A stretch of 55,536 nt of DNA, the filler included, from Bipalium vagum (Eukaryota), in assembly GCA_037834085.1 (NCBI GenBank). It is 3 parts of 3 records of this genome, joined end to end, with 100 filler letters (N's around TTAATTAATTAA, not from the genome) between each part and the next. Parts side by side here need not be neighbours in the genome. Positions count along the whole stretch, not along the records: positions 17,817 to 38,181 come from JBBMKC010254689.1; positions 38,282 to 55,536 come from JBBMKC010067592.1; 1 more part is not named here. One strand, 5' to 3'. The translations under genes were made by a program, and so were the position numbers. Of this stretch, positions 26,293 to 39,090 are shown in pieces. Below the pieces are notes generated by a model. That model was given only the letters and a program-made list of their open reading frames with translations, was not told where the DNA came from and made no database searches. Each line of letters opens with the position of its first letter. Positions within the stretch are counted from its first letter, which is position 1.

Positions 26293-27417
26293 TACTAAGA
26301 GTTTTGAAGCTTGTACGTATGAACTTCCAAAAAGTAAAGAGTTGCTACGCTACATATTCAACAATATAAGATCAACAATAAGATCAATCAAGCTACATTG
26401 TTTATCAATGCTTGTATATATTGATGGTTTCTGATTTAATAATTTTCGTTTATTCTTTATTCCCTGTACCTTAATTCTCTGTACTTTTGTAGGGACATTC
26501 TTACCCAATAAAGTCATTTTCAAGGTGGGAACGTCTTTACCTTAAGACCTCCCATATAAAATAATAAAATCATGGACCATTATTTTATAAGTCAATATAT
26601 CTTTCACCAAAAATTCACAGATATATATATATAATTCAATAGCTCAAATGATAATAATATATAAATAAAAATAAAAAACCAAAATATTTAAATAACGATG
26701 TTATTCTTATTTCAAACTGTTGACTTGATAAAATCAAAATATGACGAAAAATTAAAACAAACGACCTTGAAATTAAATCAAAGAAAAAAAATTATTTATT
26801 TTCAGTTCCATTGTCAAAAAAATGTAGGAAAATTTCATCAATCATCGATTTTTATCATAAAATACAAACAGATTTTCCCCCCGATTTTTTACATGTATTT
26901 CAAGCGAAAAAATAATTTTTTTAAATAACTTTGAAAATGTTTGATTAATTTTACAGATAAAGTGTTTCAGTAAATATGTTTTTCAGTTATTGGAGAAATT
27001 ATTGAGTTATTTCCCCTAATAAAATTTGAAGCAGAAATCTTTTGAAAAAAATTTTTGTTTAATTCATCATTTTAGTTTCCCAGACTTAAATAGAAAGGCT
27101 GATACTCATGTATCAATTCCGCAGAAAGAATTTAGTCCAATTTTATTAACTATAAAAATTATTATTTAATATTTCAATATTAACTGTACTTTTAGGGTCA
27201 GACACTTACTTATAAAAGAAACAGCAAAATTAAAACAATGTCAAATAATTTTCATTAATGATATTTTAACTTGACAGAAAAGCTAAACAAAAGGTAAGCT
27301 GAAATCAAAGAAAAATGATGAAAAGAGAAAAGACAAGTCAAAGCTGGAAATCATAAAATCATGAATTATAAAGAAAATTTGATGAAGCTCAAAAATATAA
27401 AATAATTTTATAATGTA

Positions 27418-27483
27418 ATTATTATTATGATTATTATTAGTATAATTATTATTATAATTATTATAATTATAATTATAATAATA

Positions 27484-27540
<57 letters not shown>
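27418..27540. repeat. (TTA)n microsatellite
   Basis: Long TTA/ATA run; explains the poly-Asn ORF 27283..27582. Confidence 0.95.
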
Positions 27541-27923
27541 AGGAGGCTCATCAGACCATAGGATTTTTAATTTTAAAATCATATTTATATTTATAATGTA
27601 TTGATTTTTAAAAATTAATGACTACTTATAAATGTTTTAAAAGTATTTTGAAAGTTAATTTAATGTTCCGATTAATTTATTATATAATTTAATTTAATAA
27701 CTTAAAAGAACAAAATTATTAAATTAATGATTTACAGTATATTTATATATAATTAAAATTTAGTATTTTTAAAAATTGATACATTATTAATATCCCATGT
27801 TTAATGAAATTTTTTAAAATATTGAGCATTTGTTTATCAATTAATAACTTATTGTTATGGATTCCAAACTGATAAATATTAATATGGCGACCACAATATT
27901 TTATAATAATTATAATTTATAAT

Positions 27924-27954
<31 letters not shown>

Positions 27955-29218
27955 TAATTGTACATAGATTTATACAGTTAAGAGCTCCTGAAAAGGTTTT
28001 ATTATCAATATTTTCAGTAGTATCTATCTTCGAAAGTTAAGAAAAATGACCGTGACTTTCAATTAATTTAATTTTTCTTTAGGCAAAATTAAATTAAGAA
28101 TTTAAATTATGCACTAAATTAAAGTAAATCGAATTTTTATTTTCTCTTAATTGAAAAAATATAAAATATTAATTTCGAGAAGGAAATCTCTATTCACTTA
28201 CAGAGTAACGTTAAATAAAATTAATAAAATAAATGAATATTGTAAGAATTCGACATTCATAAATTTTGATGAATTACAAATTTTGTTTAAATTAATTACA
28301 ATAATAGTAATTATTATTTTTCATAAAAATATTAATTAATTATAATATTATTAAATGTAATTCAGAATATGGCCGAGAATGAGAATAATCATTTTATTAG
28401 AATTATTTTTATGGCTTTGGTTTAATATTTTAAATTTAATAAAACATTTTAAAAATTTTTCTCATTACGTTCTATTTTAATTTTATATAATTTTCAAAAA
28501 TTTCCCTTTCACTATCATTTTCTGAAAATGTTTACAAATAAATGTCAAGCGACACACAAGAAATTATCTATTTTTATTTATTTATGGTGAAACGATGACA
28601 GAAAATATAAGAATCAAATTGAATGTGTATCACAGGAATTAATGAAGACAATACTGAGAGATAACGGTCAAAGCTTACTTTGCTGAATGATTTAGTTTTA
28701 GATTGACAAGGATACATGTTCTAACCTATACAGACCCAATATGCCGAATTATGCACATAATGTTTTAAGTCTTATAACACTGTTACTTGAAATAATTTAA
28801 TTTGTCGTTCTTTGTGTGAGAATCGATCAAAATTCAATAAATATGTTTATATGTTTACATACATGTGTTTTAATAATGTTCTTCTTCGTACCAAGAATTA
28901 GCAAAAGGATATTTTTTATCAGTTAACAATAAATCAGGTCTGAATAGATTCAATTAAGATAACTTCTTCGATTTAAAATCATTAAAAATCTTGAAAATAA
29001 ATTATTTTTAATACACAGTGAATGGTACTGTGACGAGGAAGTGTTAAGAAATCTTTAATTAATATTTTCCCCACAAAAGTAAAGACCTTATCTATTGAAC
29101 AGATCCTGTATATGTTTAAACATGAGAATGATAAAAATGTGACTTTAGAATTCTTAATTCATTTTGTAAATTTTTAGCGAAGAAGTAATAATTCTCGAGA
29201 CTGTTTTTTACAATTTCT

Positions 29219-29926
29219 TCAAGAACTAAAACATAGAAACCGATTCTCACTTACTTTGACACCGTCCTTTTGAATGATATTATACAATCTATAGTTGGAC
29301 GAAGTCTCCTTAGACGTTACGGCCCCACGTCGAGTCCGAATACCAGACATCATTGGATACGATGCTTCAATATTCATGAACATATCCTCAAATTCTGAAT
29401 CTTCATAATTTCCCGTTTCTTCATCATTTTCCTCTTCCTCTTTCTTATCAAAACATATCGTCGTTGAGTCTGGCAGTTTGTCCAGCTCTAAAATTTCCTT
29501 GTCATTCATGTCAGCGCACATATTTGATGCTACGAAACTCTCGGGAATTGTTTGTCTTCGACTGCTCTTTTCTGAATTGATCTGTTCATTGTTGCCGGTT
29601 TTCGACCAGGAAAATCGTCTTTTCATTTTGCCAAGGAAATCTGAGCTTCTGTTTATGGAGTAGTTGTTAAACATGGGAATCTCATTAATTTGAGTGCATT
29701 TAAAAAATCGGTTCGTATAATACGTTCCAGGAGAGCTACATCGTCTATATGAAGGTTTACATTCAGTATAGTGTTTAGCCGACAGAGAACCATATTCATC
29801 AATGAAGTCGTTGATGAAAACGGAACATTTTTCATCCTTATCTTCCACATTCGATTCAAAGGTGTCCTTCTTAGTATTTTCAGGCTGGTTGAACATGGCC
29901 TGCGAAACGAATTCAATATTCGTCAT
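29219..29926 (-). CDS. Intronless 235-aa protein of unknown function, probably largely disordered, with an acidic tract and RRxS/T and RRGAV motifs
   Basis: 708-nt uninterrupted ORF with GC above the flanks, start context TCAAAATG, and CCAAT/TATA-like elements directly upstream. No recognisable folded domain or transposon motif. Confidence 0.75.
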   Translation of the reverse strand: MTNIEFVSQAMFNQPENTKKDTFESNVEDKDEKCSVFINDFIDEYGSLSAKHYTECKPSYRRCSSPGTYYTNRFFKCTQINEIPMFNNYSINRSSDFLGKMKRRFSWSKTGNNEQINSEKSSRRQTIPESFVASNMCADMNDKEILELDKLPDSTTICFDKKEEEENDEETGNYEDSEFEDMFMNIEASYPMMSGIRTRRGAVTSKETSSNYRLYNIIQKDGVKVSENRFLCFSS

Positions 29927-29964
29927 TTTGAAAATGATTAAAAATATTTGTTTATTAAAATGTA

Positions 29965-30035
29965 AAAATTATATGCAATATTTCCCAGTAATTTTTCTTA
30001 AATCTTATTGGACAGCTCAGCCAATGATTGGTCAA
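29965..30035 (-). promoter_or_regulatory. Candidate promoter of the 235-aa gene: three CCAAT boxes plus a TATA-like element
   Basis: ATTGG at 30007-30011, CCAAT at 30021-30025 and ATTGG at 30027-30031. CATATAAT on the minus strand near 29970, about 45 nt upstream of the ATG. Confidence 0.5.
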
Positions 30036-30139
30036 TAATTATCAATATATATCAAAGATGATAAATTAATCTCAGCAAATACCTGAAATTATTTCATCTT
30101 TCCTACAAAACTGAAATAAACTATCAAATATATTTTTAA

Positions 30140-30576
30140 AACAATCCGAGCCGTGTAAGGTGAATATCGAAAATATTGAAGTGGTTGTCCTATTATTTTA
30201 TGCTGCTCTAACATACTTTTCATAATTGTATTTAAAATATAAGTCGTTCTCGTGTTTCAAAACCGGTAAAGGAAACGTTGAATGTACTTGGCTGAGAAGT
30301 CTAACCCCACCCATCGTATTTGCCAGACAATGGTCCATCTGATTAATACTTATTTAGATCGATGATATATTGTCTCTCTGAACAGCCCACAATTTCAAGG
30401 ATATCGAAAGTTTAATCGATAAGTTGGTCGTATTAAAACATAAAAGTATTTTTAAAGATATTTACAAATTACCACATGAGTAAGTCAGAGTGTAGATAGC
30501 AATGGAAATTACTTTGAATAAAAAAATTGATTAGTTTTGTTAAAACAAAGTCGTCATTGTCAATCTGTACACCTAA
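30140..30576 (+). mobile_element. Mos1-like mariner 3' remnant
   Basis: PHPSYLPDNGPSD*YLFRSM (YSPDxAPSDYxLFRSM); TIR TCTGTACACCTAA followed by TA. Confidence 0.75.
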
Positions 30577-31099
30577 TATATTGTAGGAAGTGCAAAATTG
30601 CTTAACCTTTAATGTGCAGATATTTTTAATTAAAAAGGCGCTTTTTACCAATTCAAAATATAGTTGAAAAGTTTTATGAAATATTTCGAATTATTTATCG
30701 GATTTTCATTAGTTAAAAATAAATAATAAATATTGTTTAAAATTATTAAAAAATATTTTATTTTTTATTTTAATATTTTTTATTATTATAAAATATTAAA
30801 CAAATTCTTCAATTTTAGACATGTATTTGGACGCTTTGGCTCCTTTTTAATATTTCTGTAAATTATTTATTTTTCAATATAAAAATGTATTTCGTAATAA
30901 AAAGTTTATTCTTTGTACGTAAGTTGGATTGTAATTTAATCGTTAATTTTTTGTTTTTCTTTACGTTTTCTAAGCGGTTTTCGTTATCCTCACTTTTTTA
31001 TGGAAATGTTAACATTTGAACATAATTCTTTTTTATGAATATTGATAATTATTTTTCATTCTCAAAATATTATGGTAAGAAATTTTTACTTTAATTTAT

Positions 31100-31375
31100 A
31101 ACCCCTAGGTAACAGATTCGACAGTGAACTCTCTCCACCAAAAGATCTCTTTAATCATGGAATCGTGATTCATAATAATTATCAAGTTTGTACTTCAAAT
31201 TAGTAAGGCGATCCAGGTCATACTTGAAAGCATTTTGATGTCAAAAACATCGAGCGAGGTTTGTAAAATAAGATCCAAAAGAGATCTACAGATCATTGTT
31301 GAAAAATATGAAAACAAAGCTTTCAGTGATGTACTGAGATTTTTGTTTTAACTGGCAAATTGTCTGAATTACGTG
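31100..31375 (+). mobile_element. Possible Mutator-like transposase C-terminal remnant
   Basis: RDLQIIVEKYENKAFSDVLRFLF*LANCL resembles MULE C-termini. Heavily decayed. Confidence 0.35.
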
Positions 31376-32044
31376 TTTTAATTTTTAATTTATTTAATAA
31401 AAGTTTTCCCATTGAAATTAAAATAAATTAAATAAAAAATAATTTAATTTAATGAAATATATAATATATAAATAAATAATGACTCAACCACGGAAATGAT
31501 AATCTGTACACAGACGAAGATTTTCGGTAGAAATATTAAATCATTAATGTGGTGATGTTAATTATTTCGAAGTAAAACTTCAATATTCATCCGTGGAAAG
31601 TTTTTAGTAAAAGGTCTTGAAAATATTATTTCTGAGATCCCTAATCTCAAGCGTATGCAGATTCGTAATATGATTACGTATATATGATTCTAACCAAAAA
31701 CTTTATATTGTTCATAAAAGGATTAAAACAAAATCAACTTCCATTTGAAATAAAAGATTCATCAAGAATTTTTTATGTTTAAATTTTAAGGGAAACATTA
31801 CATTCAATTTAGAAATTTTAGACATCCATTATTATTACTATTATTATACTTTTAATAATAATTATTTTTATTTATTATTTATTATTAATATTCCTATTAC
31901 TTTTACGATTATTAATTATTATTATCATTGTTTTTATTATTACTATTATTATTAATTATTATAATTATAATAATAATTATCATTATTATTACTATTACTG
32001 TTATTATTATTATTCCTGTTTTCCTAGAGTTGGAGTTTGCACAA

Positions 32045-33490
32045 ATTAACATGGTGACCACACCAGCAGAACTGTTAATGAAGAGACTTCTTGCAAAATG
32101 CTGAATCGTTCGATGATCTGTAAGTATTCATCAATCAATGCCACAGATATTTCGGCGTTTTGAACAAGCCCAAGAAAATGCGCAAAGACATGATTGGGGA
32201 GTATGAAAGAACAGAAAGTTTGACGAATGAATTTGAAACTCGATTACGACTAGCGTTTGCCAAAGAAAATGATATGGTGACAGACGCGGTTCAGAGAGTA
32301 TTCAGACTTTTCACAAAAGTGATTGCTCACCAGCTAACAGAAGATGAATTAGGTGCCAGAATACTTTTACATTGCATAAAAAATGACATTTGCAGAGAAG
32401 CTGAAATGCTTTAAGTGAAGACCATTGAGGAAATTGAAAATTTAATGGTAAAATTTTTAAAAATTTAGAAGAAAAGAAACAGCCATATAAATGCGGTACA
32501 AGGCCAACAGGAACCCACAAGGAGAAGCGAGATGAGCTTGGCAGACTGAGTCAAACAGAATCCGATCAAGATTTACAAAAGATTCGAAAACAGGGAAAGA
32601 TGGAGTCAAAACAGAATTATACAGGACATAAGCCAACAGATAGATTTACATTCAAAAAATAAATTGTTGAAGATGTGGGTAATCTGGTCATATGATTAAG
32701 AATTTTCCAAAAAGAGATGCTCCACGATGTTTTGCCTGTGAAAAGATTGGCCACATTAGCAGATATTGTTCAGAGGCGAAGTGCACAGACAGCGAACATT
32801 ACAGGTGAAATTGTTTTAGAAATTAATATAACAGAATTGGCCATAACTCCAGGGGGAGATTTAGAGAAGAAAGAGTGGACAGAGAAAAATCACGGATGCC
32901 CAGGATAAATGGAATAGAAAAAGGTGACCCAGTGGAAGAGGATGACAATAACAGCTGTTCAAATGCCAGGGTTCCGCTAGATTAGGATATAGTGGGAGCC
33001 ATAAATTAAACACGTTAAGTGAGATATCCCAAGAGCCCGAAAGAAGGAAAATGGTGTCTGGGAAAATATTTCGCTTTCTAAAGAGACAGAGTTTTGATAG
33101 AAAAATTCGAAAACGTGGTGGCAATAAGTGATAAAAGGCAGAACGATATAATAGACTATGATAAGATTCATGGAAGGCCGATCGTTACAATAACATTATA
33201 AAGAAAGACATTGGACATCGGGGCACAAATCAACGTGATGAGCTGTAGAATTACAAGGCAGTTGAGTGGAATGGGATTGGGGAAGTATGAAGACAATTTG
33301 CGTAGCTCAAACGATACCAGATTAGAAACGGTGGGCAAGCTCGAGATAGAAGGGTAAATTAAAAACAGGCCTGCAAAGGTCAAATTTATTGTGGGGAGAT
33401 CGGTGACACCAGACATCATCTGAAGTATGGAGTTACAGAAACAATTCGGTTTTGTTTTCACCAAAGTCAAAGCAGAGAAGTATTGCATCT
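32045..33490 (+). mobile_element. Ty3/Gypsy-type gag-protease remnant with PBS, 3'-truncated by a mariner
   Basis: TTAACA|TGGTGACC (LTR end plus tRNA-Trp-like PBS at 32052). Two zinc knuckles, C*RCG*SGHMIKNF and CFACEKIGHISRYC. Protease region GRPIVTI...LDIGAQINVMS. Many stops. Confidence 0.85.
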
Positions 33491-33494
33491 TGAT

Positions 33495-34456
33495 GAGGAT
33501 TCTGAGCCCAAATCATGTAGCTTTAGCTGTATCATCATTGAAACGCGTGACCGAGCATTGTTATGAAATAGAATTGTACCTTTTCTATTGATCAATGTCG
33601 GGAACATGTGACGAAGTTTTTCGTATATTTCATTTATTTGTAGACAATAAATGTTAGATGTAATTGTTTTACCGGGATTAAGCTCAGTTGTGATGAATCA
33701 AACCGACCTTAAAACACCAAACAGTCACCATTACCTTCTTTTTGTAGATTTTTGGCTCATGGGAGTTTTTAGGAGCCTCATAATGATCCACACATTGCCT
33801 TGAATGTCGGCCGTTGTCATACGGGATCCATTTCTGGTCGCTTGTCACAATCCGATCGAGAAATGGATCGTTATTATTTCGCAGGATGAATTCAGATGTT
33901 ACGTCAAATTGACGAATTTTTGGAGATTCTGTCTTTTCATGCGGAACTCATTTTGAAAGCTTTTCACTTTTCTAATTTTCTTCAAATGTCAGACAACAAT
34001 TGATTTTTCAACCTTCAGTTCTTTAGCGACCTCGAGTACGTTTTCTGGGTGAATTTCGATTATCTTTTTCAATTAGTCTTAGTCAAGTTCCGATGGTTGA
34101 CTGCCGTATTCTTCATCCTCAAGGCTTTGATTATCACAACGAAATGGTACGAACCACCGTTGTACCAAACGTTCTTCATCAATATTATGCCCAAAAGCTT
34201 TTTTAATATTGTGAGCCGCCTCAAGTAATTTTCGAACTAGTCTGAATTCACATAAAAAATTGCTCACAGTTGTTTTTTTTCACCATTTCCAAAATGATAA
34301 AAATATAGCTTTAATAAAGAACCTTCATATCATCTTTATTATAAATATGAGTAGCATATTCTAGGCTTTAAATCGAAAAATATATTGACATAATTGAATT
34401 TAAAATTTGTTAATATTTCAATGACAAATTTAAACAATACTTTTGCATCAACCTAA
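33495..34456 (-). mobile_element. Hsmar1/cecropia-like mariner remnant
   Basis: TIR TTAGGTTGATGCAAAAGT. HTH (ORF 34079..34267), DPFLDRIVTSDQKWIPYDN, KKVMVTVW and ILFHNNARS. Confidence 0.9.
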
Positions 34457-35488
34457 TATTATCAATTATTATTGTTTTTTATTTTCCTATTTTATTATTA
34501 TTTACTTTAGTGATATTAAGAAATAAATTAATAAAACCTCAATGTGAACTCATTTTCTAAAAGAAATTATTAATTTTTAATATATAGTTTATTTTGAATT
34601 AATTGAAATAGTTAATTTCTTAATTTTTCTGCTGCTCTGTCAAGGTTCTCTTCGTCGGTGAACAGTTATTAGACATTTAATCTTTAAAGTCGACTGTGAG
34701 GTGTTTCCTAATGCTACTAAGAAATAAAAATTCATTTTATTTTATAAGAAAAAATCTAAAAAAATATGTCTCTCTTGAAACGAAAGTGAAATTTACAATA
34801 TTATCACAAAGTTTTGTCTGGAAACTGAAAAATGACTATTTCATATCTTTTAGAAATAATGTCTGGAAGCCTCTAATTTTTTGACATCCAAAAATTTTTT
34901 GAGTCCAAAAATTATTTTCACTTGAAATTATTTTAATTATTAAATAAAAATCGACATTGTTTTCATTGTTATTACTTTTTGACACAGTAATGCCCAAATT
35001 ACTCTATCAAAGTAATAAATATTATTATTATTGTCATTATCAGATAATATAAATAAATAAAACATGCAAAAATATATTTAAAAAAAAACAACTTAGTTAA
35101 TTATTAATCCTGAATGTCTGCTGACTTGCATGAAAAACAAATGTACAGTAGGCTCAGTTTAATTCAATAACTCTATTTAGAATCAATTTTTCTTTAATCC
35201 TTCCTAAAATCTGAATAGAATAATTCTGTTTAAAAGCCATTTCCCAGAGATGTTTCATTGCCATCAGAATGTCAACAGTTACAATATCATCCCCTCCGAG
35301 ATTGAATGTATAGTCTTTTCCAGTCTGTGGTAAATAATTGCAATAATTTAATCAATATTTCTGTATATATTTATAAAACGAAAATGATCAGAATTTATTT
35401 ATTTATATTTTGAAACAAGGAAAAATATTTTACAAATTAAATACAAATATAAATTCTATAAGTGATGTATTGCAACATAAATTATATG

Positions 35489-36187
35489 CAGGGTAGATGA
35501 AAAGTTTCCGTACATTTTTAAGAACATAATTTTGTTAAGATAACTTTATCTTTAGGAAATAATGATAGAATAATTGATTTTATCATAAAATTTTGATATA
35601 AAATTTATTATTTGTTTCTTTGTTTGATTATAGGTTCATAAATGAAAATGATTCAAAATAGCAGAAATATAATAAATGAATTGTACAATTTGGAAATGAA
35701 GACAGCTGATATCATTAAAAGGACCGGTATGAAGAAGCAACTAGTCTTCAAAAAATAACGATTCAAAAAGACTGGTGGAATATTGAACCGTTCTCGTATT
35801 GGTCATCCTTCTAGTGCAACAACACCACAGAACATCGACAAGATCGAATTCGCCTCCAATCAATAAATTCAATCCACAAAATGGATAAGGATCTAGGAAT
35901 AAGCAGTGAGCAAGTCCAAAATATTGTTAAAAACAAGCTTGGAATACGCAGTTACCAGACCATTCGTGTTTATTCCTCAATGATGATATGAAACTAAAGC
36001 GACTGCAAAAAATGTCGAACAATGAAACATCCGGTTGCAAGTGGAAATTTAGAAAAAGTCATCTTTACTTATGAGAAGATTTTCACCATTTAACCATTTA
36101 ATTATCGTCAGAATTATCACCAACTCCTAAAGAAAAGACAGAAGAAGACAATAGGTACTAATTTAGTACTTTACTTATTCTATTTAT
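35489..36187 (+). mobile_element. maT/DD37D-like transposon, deleted
   Basis: Start CAGGGTAGATGAAAAGTTTCCG. RFKKTGGILNRSRIGHP and VIFTYEKIFTI..FNYRQNY (FTDEKIFT...NxQNDR-like). Confidence 0.7.
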
Positions 36188-37697
36188 ATGGGAGGGGTCG
36201 CTAATTCGAGTTTTGAAGTGACCTTGTGTCTCCCCTATTTATAGATGACCGCTTCCATGACATTGACAATTTTAAACAATATCAACTTGGATTAATATTG
36301 AACTCACATAAATTATACTAATATCAATTATATCCTGATGTAAAATATCATTTTATAATAAAAATTAGAATTGTTGATGCAAACTTCCCATTAATACATA
36401 ATATATCATATAAACCATGTTTATATATAAATATAAATTATATATAATATAAATATGTGACAGTATTAAAATAGATAAATAATTCTCTACTATAAATTTA
36501 TCTATAAAATACTGAAATATTTTATCATCGCAACGAAAGATATGACTGATTTTCGTTGAAAAGGAAATCGACAACGGAGCTCTAAGTCATAATTGTCATC
36601 GAATTATACTAATAAACGATTTTTAAGGGAATTTCTGAAACTAGAGTTTTTAAGTGGAAATTTACAAGCCAGAAACAAATATTAAATAAATTTGAATTAT
36701 ATTTGTGAAGTAAATGTAAATGTTTATTACTTGAGGAGATTGCGAAAGAGATTTTATTTGTAATGTTCTTTTATTATCGCTGGAGCGAATTTCGAACTAA
36801 GTCACATAAATAAAAAGAAAAATCGAATAAATGTCCTTCGACCTCCTTTGTGAGATCAATTCACACAACAAAACAAACAATTAATTAAATAAAATATCAA
36901 TTTTACTACAGAATAAAATCTGAAGATAAATCGATCCTCTCAGATAAAGTTTATTACCAAAATATGTAAAATTATAAAAATAATGATTTCATCCATTAAT
37001 TTTTTTCAAATCGAATCCTTTGATCGCTCTTCAGTTCTCAGAATTGCATTTTTAAAATCAACTGAGTGTTCTTTTGACCTACTCATTATATTGTTTTTAT
37101 AATGTATGATTATAATTAGTTAATTTTAACATTCATTTTAAATATAAATATAAATATATATATTTATATCAAGGTTGCCGTCTTTTGGATATGTTGTCTT
37201 GGTGTTGTTCCTTCAGAGCTAAGTTAACTGGGAGAACAGAGGCGTCATAGACAGTTGCATTGCAATACAAAACCATTACAATTCTTGCTCTCGCTATTCT
37301 GAGTTAAAGCTCTATATTTCTAAAATAGTCTCCTTACGGTTACAGTCTTGAAGACTTTTTCCATTAAGAAATATATAATACCTTTTAAATATATTTTAGC
37401 GACTGAAAAAATCATCAAAATAAACATTTTATCTTTAATATTTTGTTGACCGTTTTAGCAAAATTAAAAGATGATATTTACTCATTGTCTTATTTAATTT
37501 TTATAACAAACTTAAAAATAGATTGCTATTCGAAAGCTCAAAAAATGAACAAATCACTTTAGATCCTTGAAAATTTTAATGTTTATAATGGGACAGTACA
37601 CAAGTACAACGAGGTTACTCGTTTATAAATGCTACCAGCATTGTTTTATATTTAACACCAATCATTTTTCTCATGAACACAATTTTTGACTTTTATA

Positions 37698-38181
37698 CAA
37701 GGTTCAGTCAATAAATAATGTACAATAATCCAAAATAAATCAAACGATGTAATTTATCAGTTTAATAATAATATTTTCTTATAAACTAATCTATGCTCTT
37801 TCATAATCTATAATAATCTATAATCATAATTAATCCATTTATTTGAATTTTGTAGATATTGCGTCAGATACAGGCATACGACTTAGGCAACGGTCAGTAA
37901 TAGAATTTTTATTTAAGTCTGGTCACGTTTCGGCCACAACCATCCATGTAAAAATAAAAGCTGTGTATAAAGATGAAACCCTGGACAGAAGCACTATTCA
38001 GCGATGGATTCAGCGCTTCGAGGATGGTGATTTTGATATCACAGACAAAGAAAAAGTAGGCAGGCCTTCTTCGGTAAGAACAGAAGAAAATTTGGATCTT
38101 TTGAATAAAATGGTCAGGGATAACAGAACAATGACAACGTATGATTTGATGGAAAAATTTGTTATGGCTAAAGGAACTATC
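37698..38181 (+). mobile_element. Mariner 5' half with open transposase HTH region, cut by the gap
   Basis: TA+CAAGGTTCAGTCAATAAATAATG TIR. RQRSVIEFL...VYKDETLDRSTIQRWIQRFEDGDFDITDKEKVGRPS has no stops. Confidence 0.9.
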
Positions 38182-38281
38182 NNNNNNNNNNNNNNNNNNN
38201 NNNNNNNNNNNNNNNNNNNNNNNNNTTAATTAATTAANNNNNNNNNNNNNNNNNNNNNNNNNNNNNNNNNNNNNNNNNNNN
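38182..38281. other. Assembly gap with artificial TTAATTAATTAA linker
   Basis: Same construct as 17717-17816. Confidence 0.95.
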
Positions 38282-38329
38282 AATAATAAAGAATAAAATA
38301 TTTTAATTTCAATTTGAGACCTTAATTTT

Positions 38330-39090
38330 TTAGAATGGTATACTGGGAGATATTATTTTTCTCTCAATTCCCTTTAGGAAATGACTCTAGTGGTCGGCTG
38401 ACTGAAAAATGTTCATCTTTATGCTGAAGAAGGTATTATGTAATTGTTAGAAGTAGATCGTTTGTCGAAGAAAAATCTTGTTATTATTATTGTCAGAAAG
38501 AAAACCAATTGTCATCAAAGGATTGTGAATAGGTGTAGAAGATTTGAAGCAAGTCAAATAATTACCTTTTCTAGAGAGTTCATTTCGGATATGTTGCCTA
38601 GGTTTCAGGATTTTCAATGGATTTTTTGGTTGTCTCTAAGTAACCCAATTGAGCCTAGCTAACAACGCAATGACTCATTGCATCTCTCATTGGTGAGTGG
38701 CTTAATGACTTTATTTGTTAGATAATAACATTAAATGATTACCCTTTCATGTTACATTAATTTTGATTCGTTTCACTATTAATCGTTAACATTAGTTTGT
38801 CTTGATTATTGATTGATTTGTTGTTATTAATGTGATGCTTAATCGACCTTTTTATGAATTGATTGATAGGCTTATTTGATAACACTTGATTCCGAACTTG
38901 ATTTTCATTATTATTCATTTGTTATTTTGAGATTGGCTGTATGTTAAGAAAGCTGGTGTGTCGTTAAATAGTTTTGAAATTTGATAATTCAATTCGTTGT
39001 ATAAGGGACGCAACAATAATATTAGTGAGGAGTCAGTTTAATCTTTTTAGAAGGGTAAGGCTTATCGGTTTAAAGATAAAAACTTTAACA
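38330..39090 (+). mobile_element. LTR-like repeat (second subfamily), 5' end probably lost in the gap
   Basis: T-rich 3' half, subterminal TAGTGAGGAG and a terminal TTAACA, as in family A. Confidence 0.45.

Noticed and set aside
23489-28339. Poly-Leu, poly-Asn and Ile/Phe-rich ORFs in the track
   Set aside because: Translations of (TTA)n microsatellites and AT-rich low-complexity DNA.
17717-38281. Identical TTAATTAATTAA motif inside both gaps
   Set aside because: Artificial six-frame-stop scaffolding linker, not biology. Adjacency across the gaps is not guaranteed.
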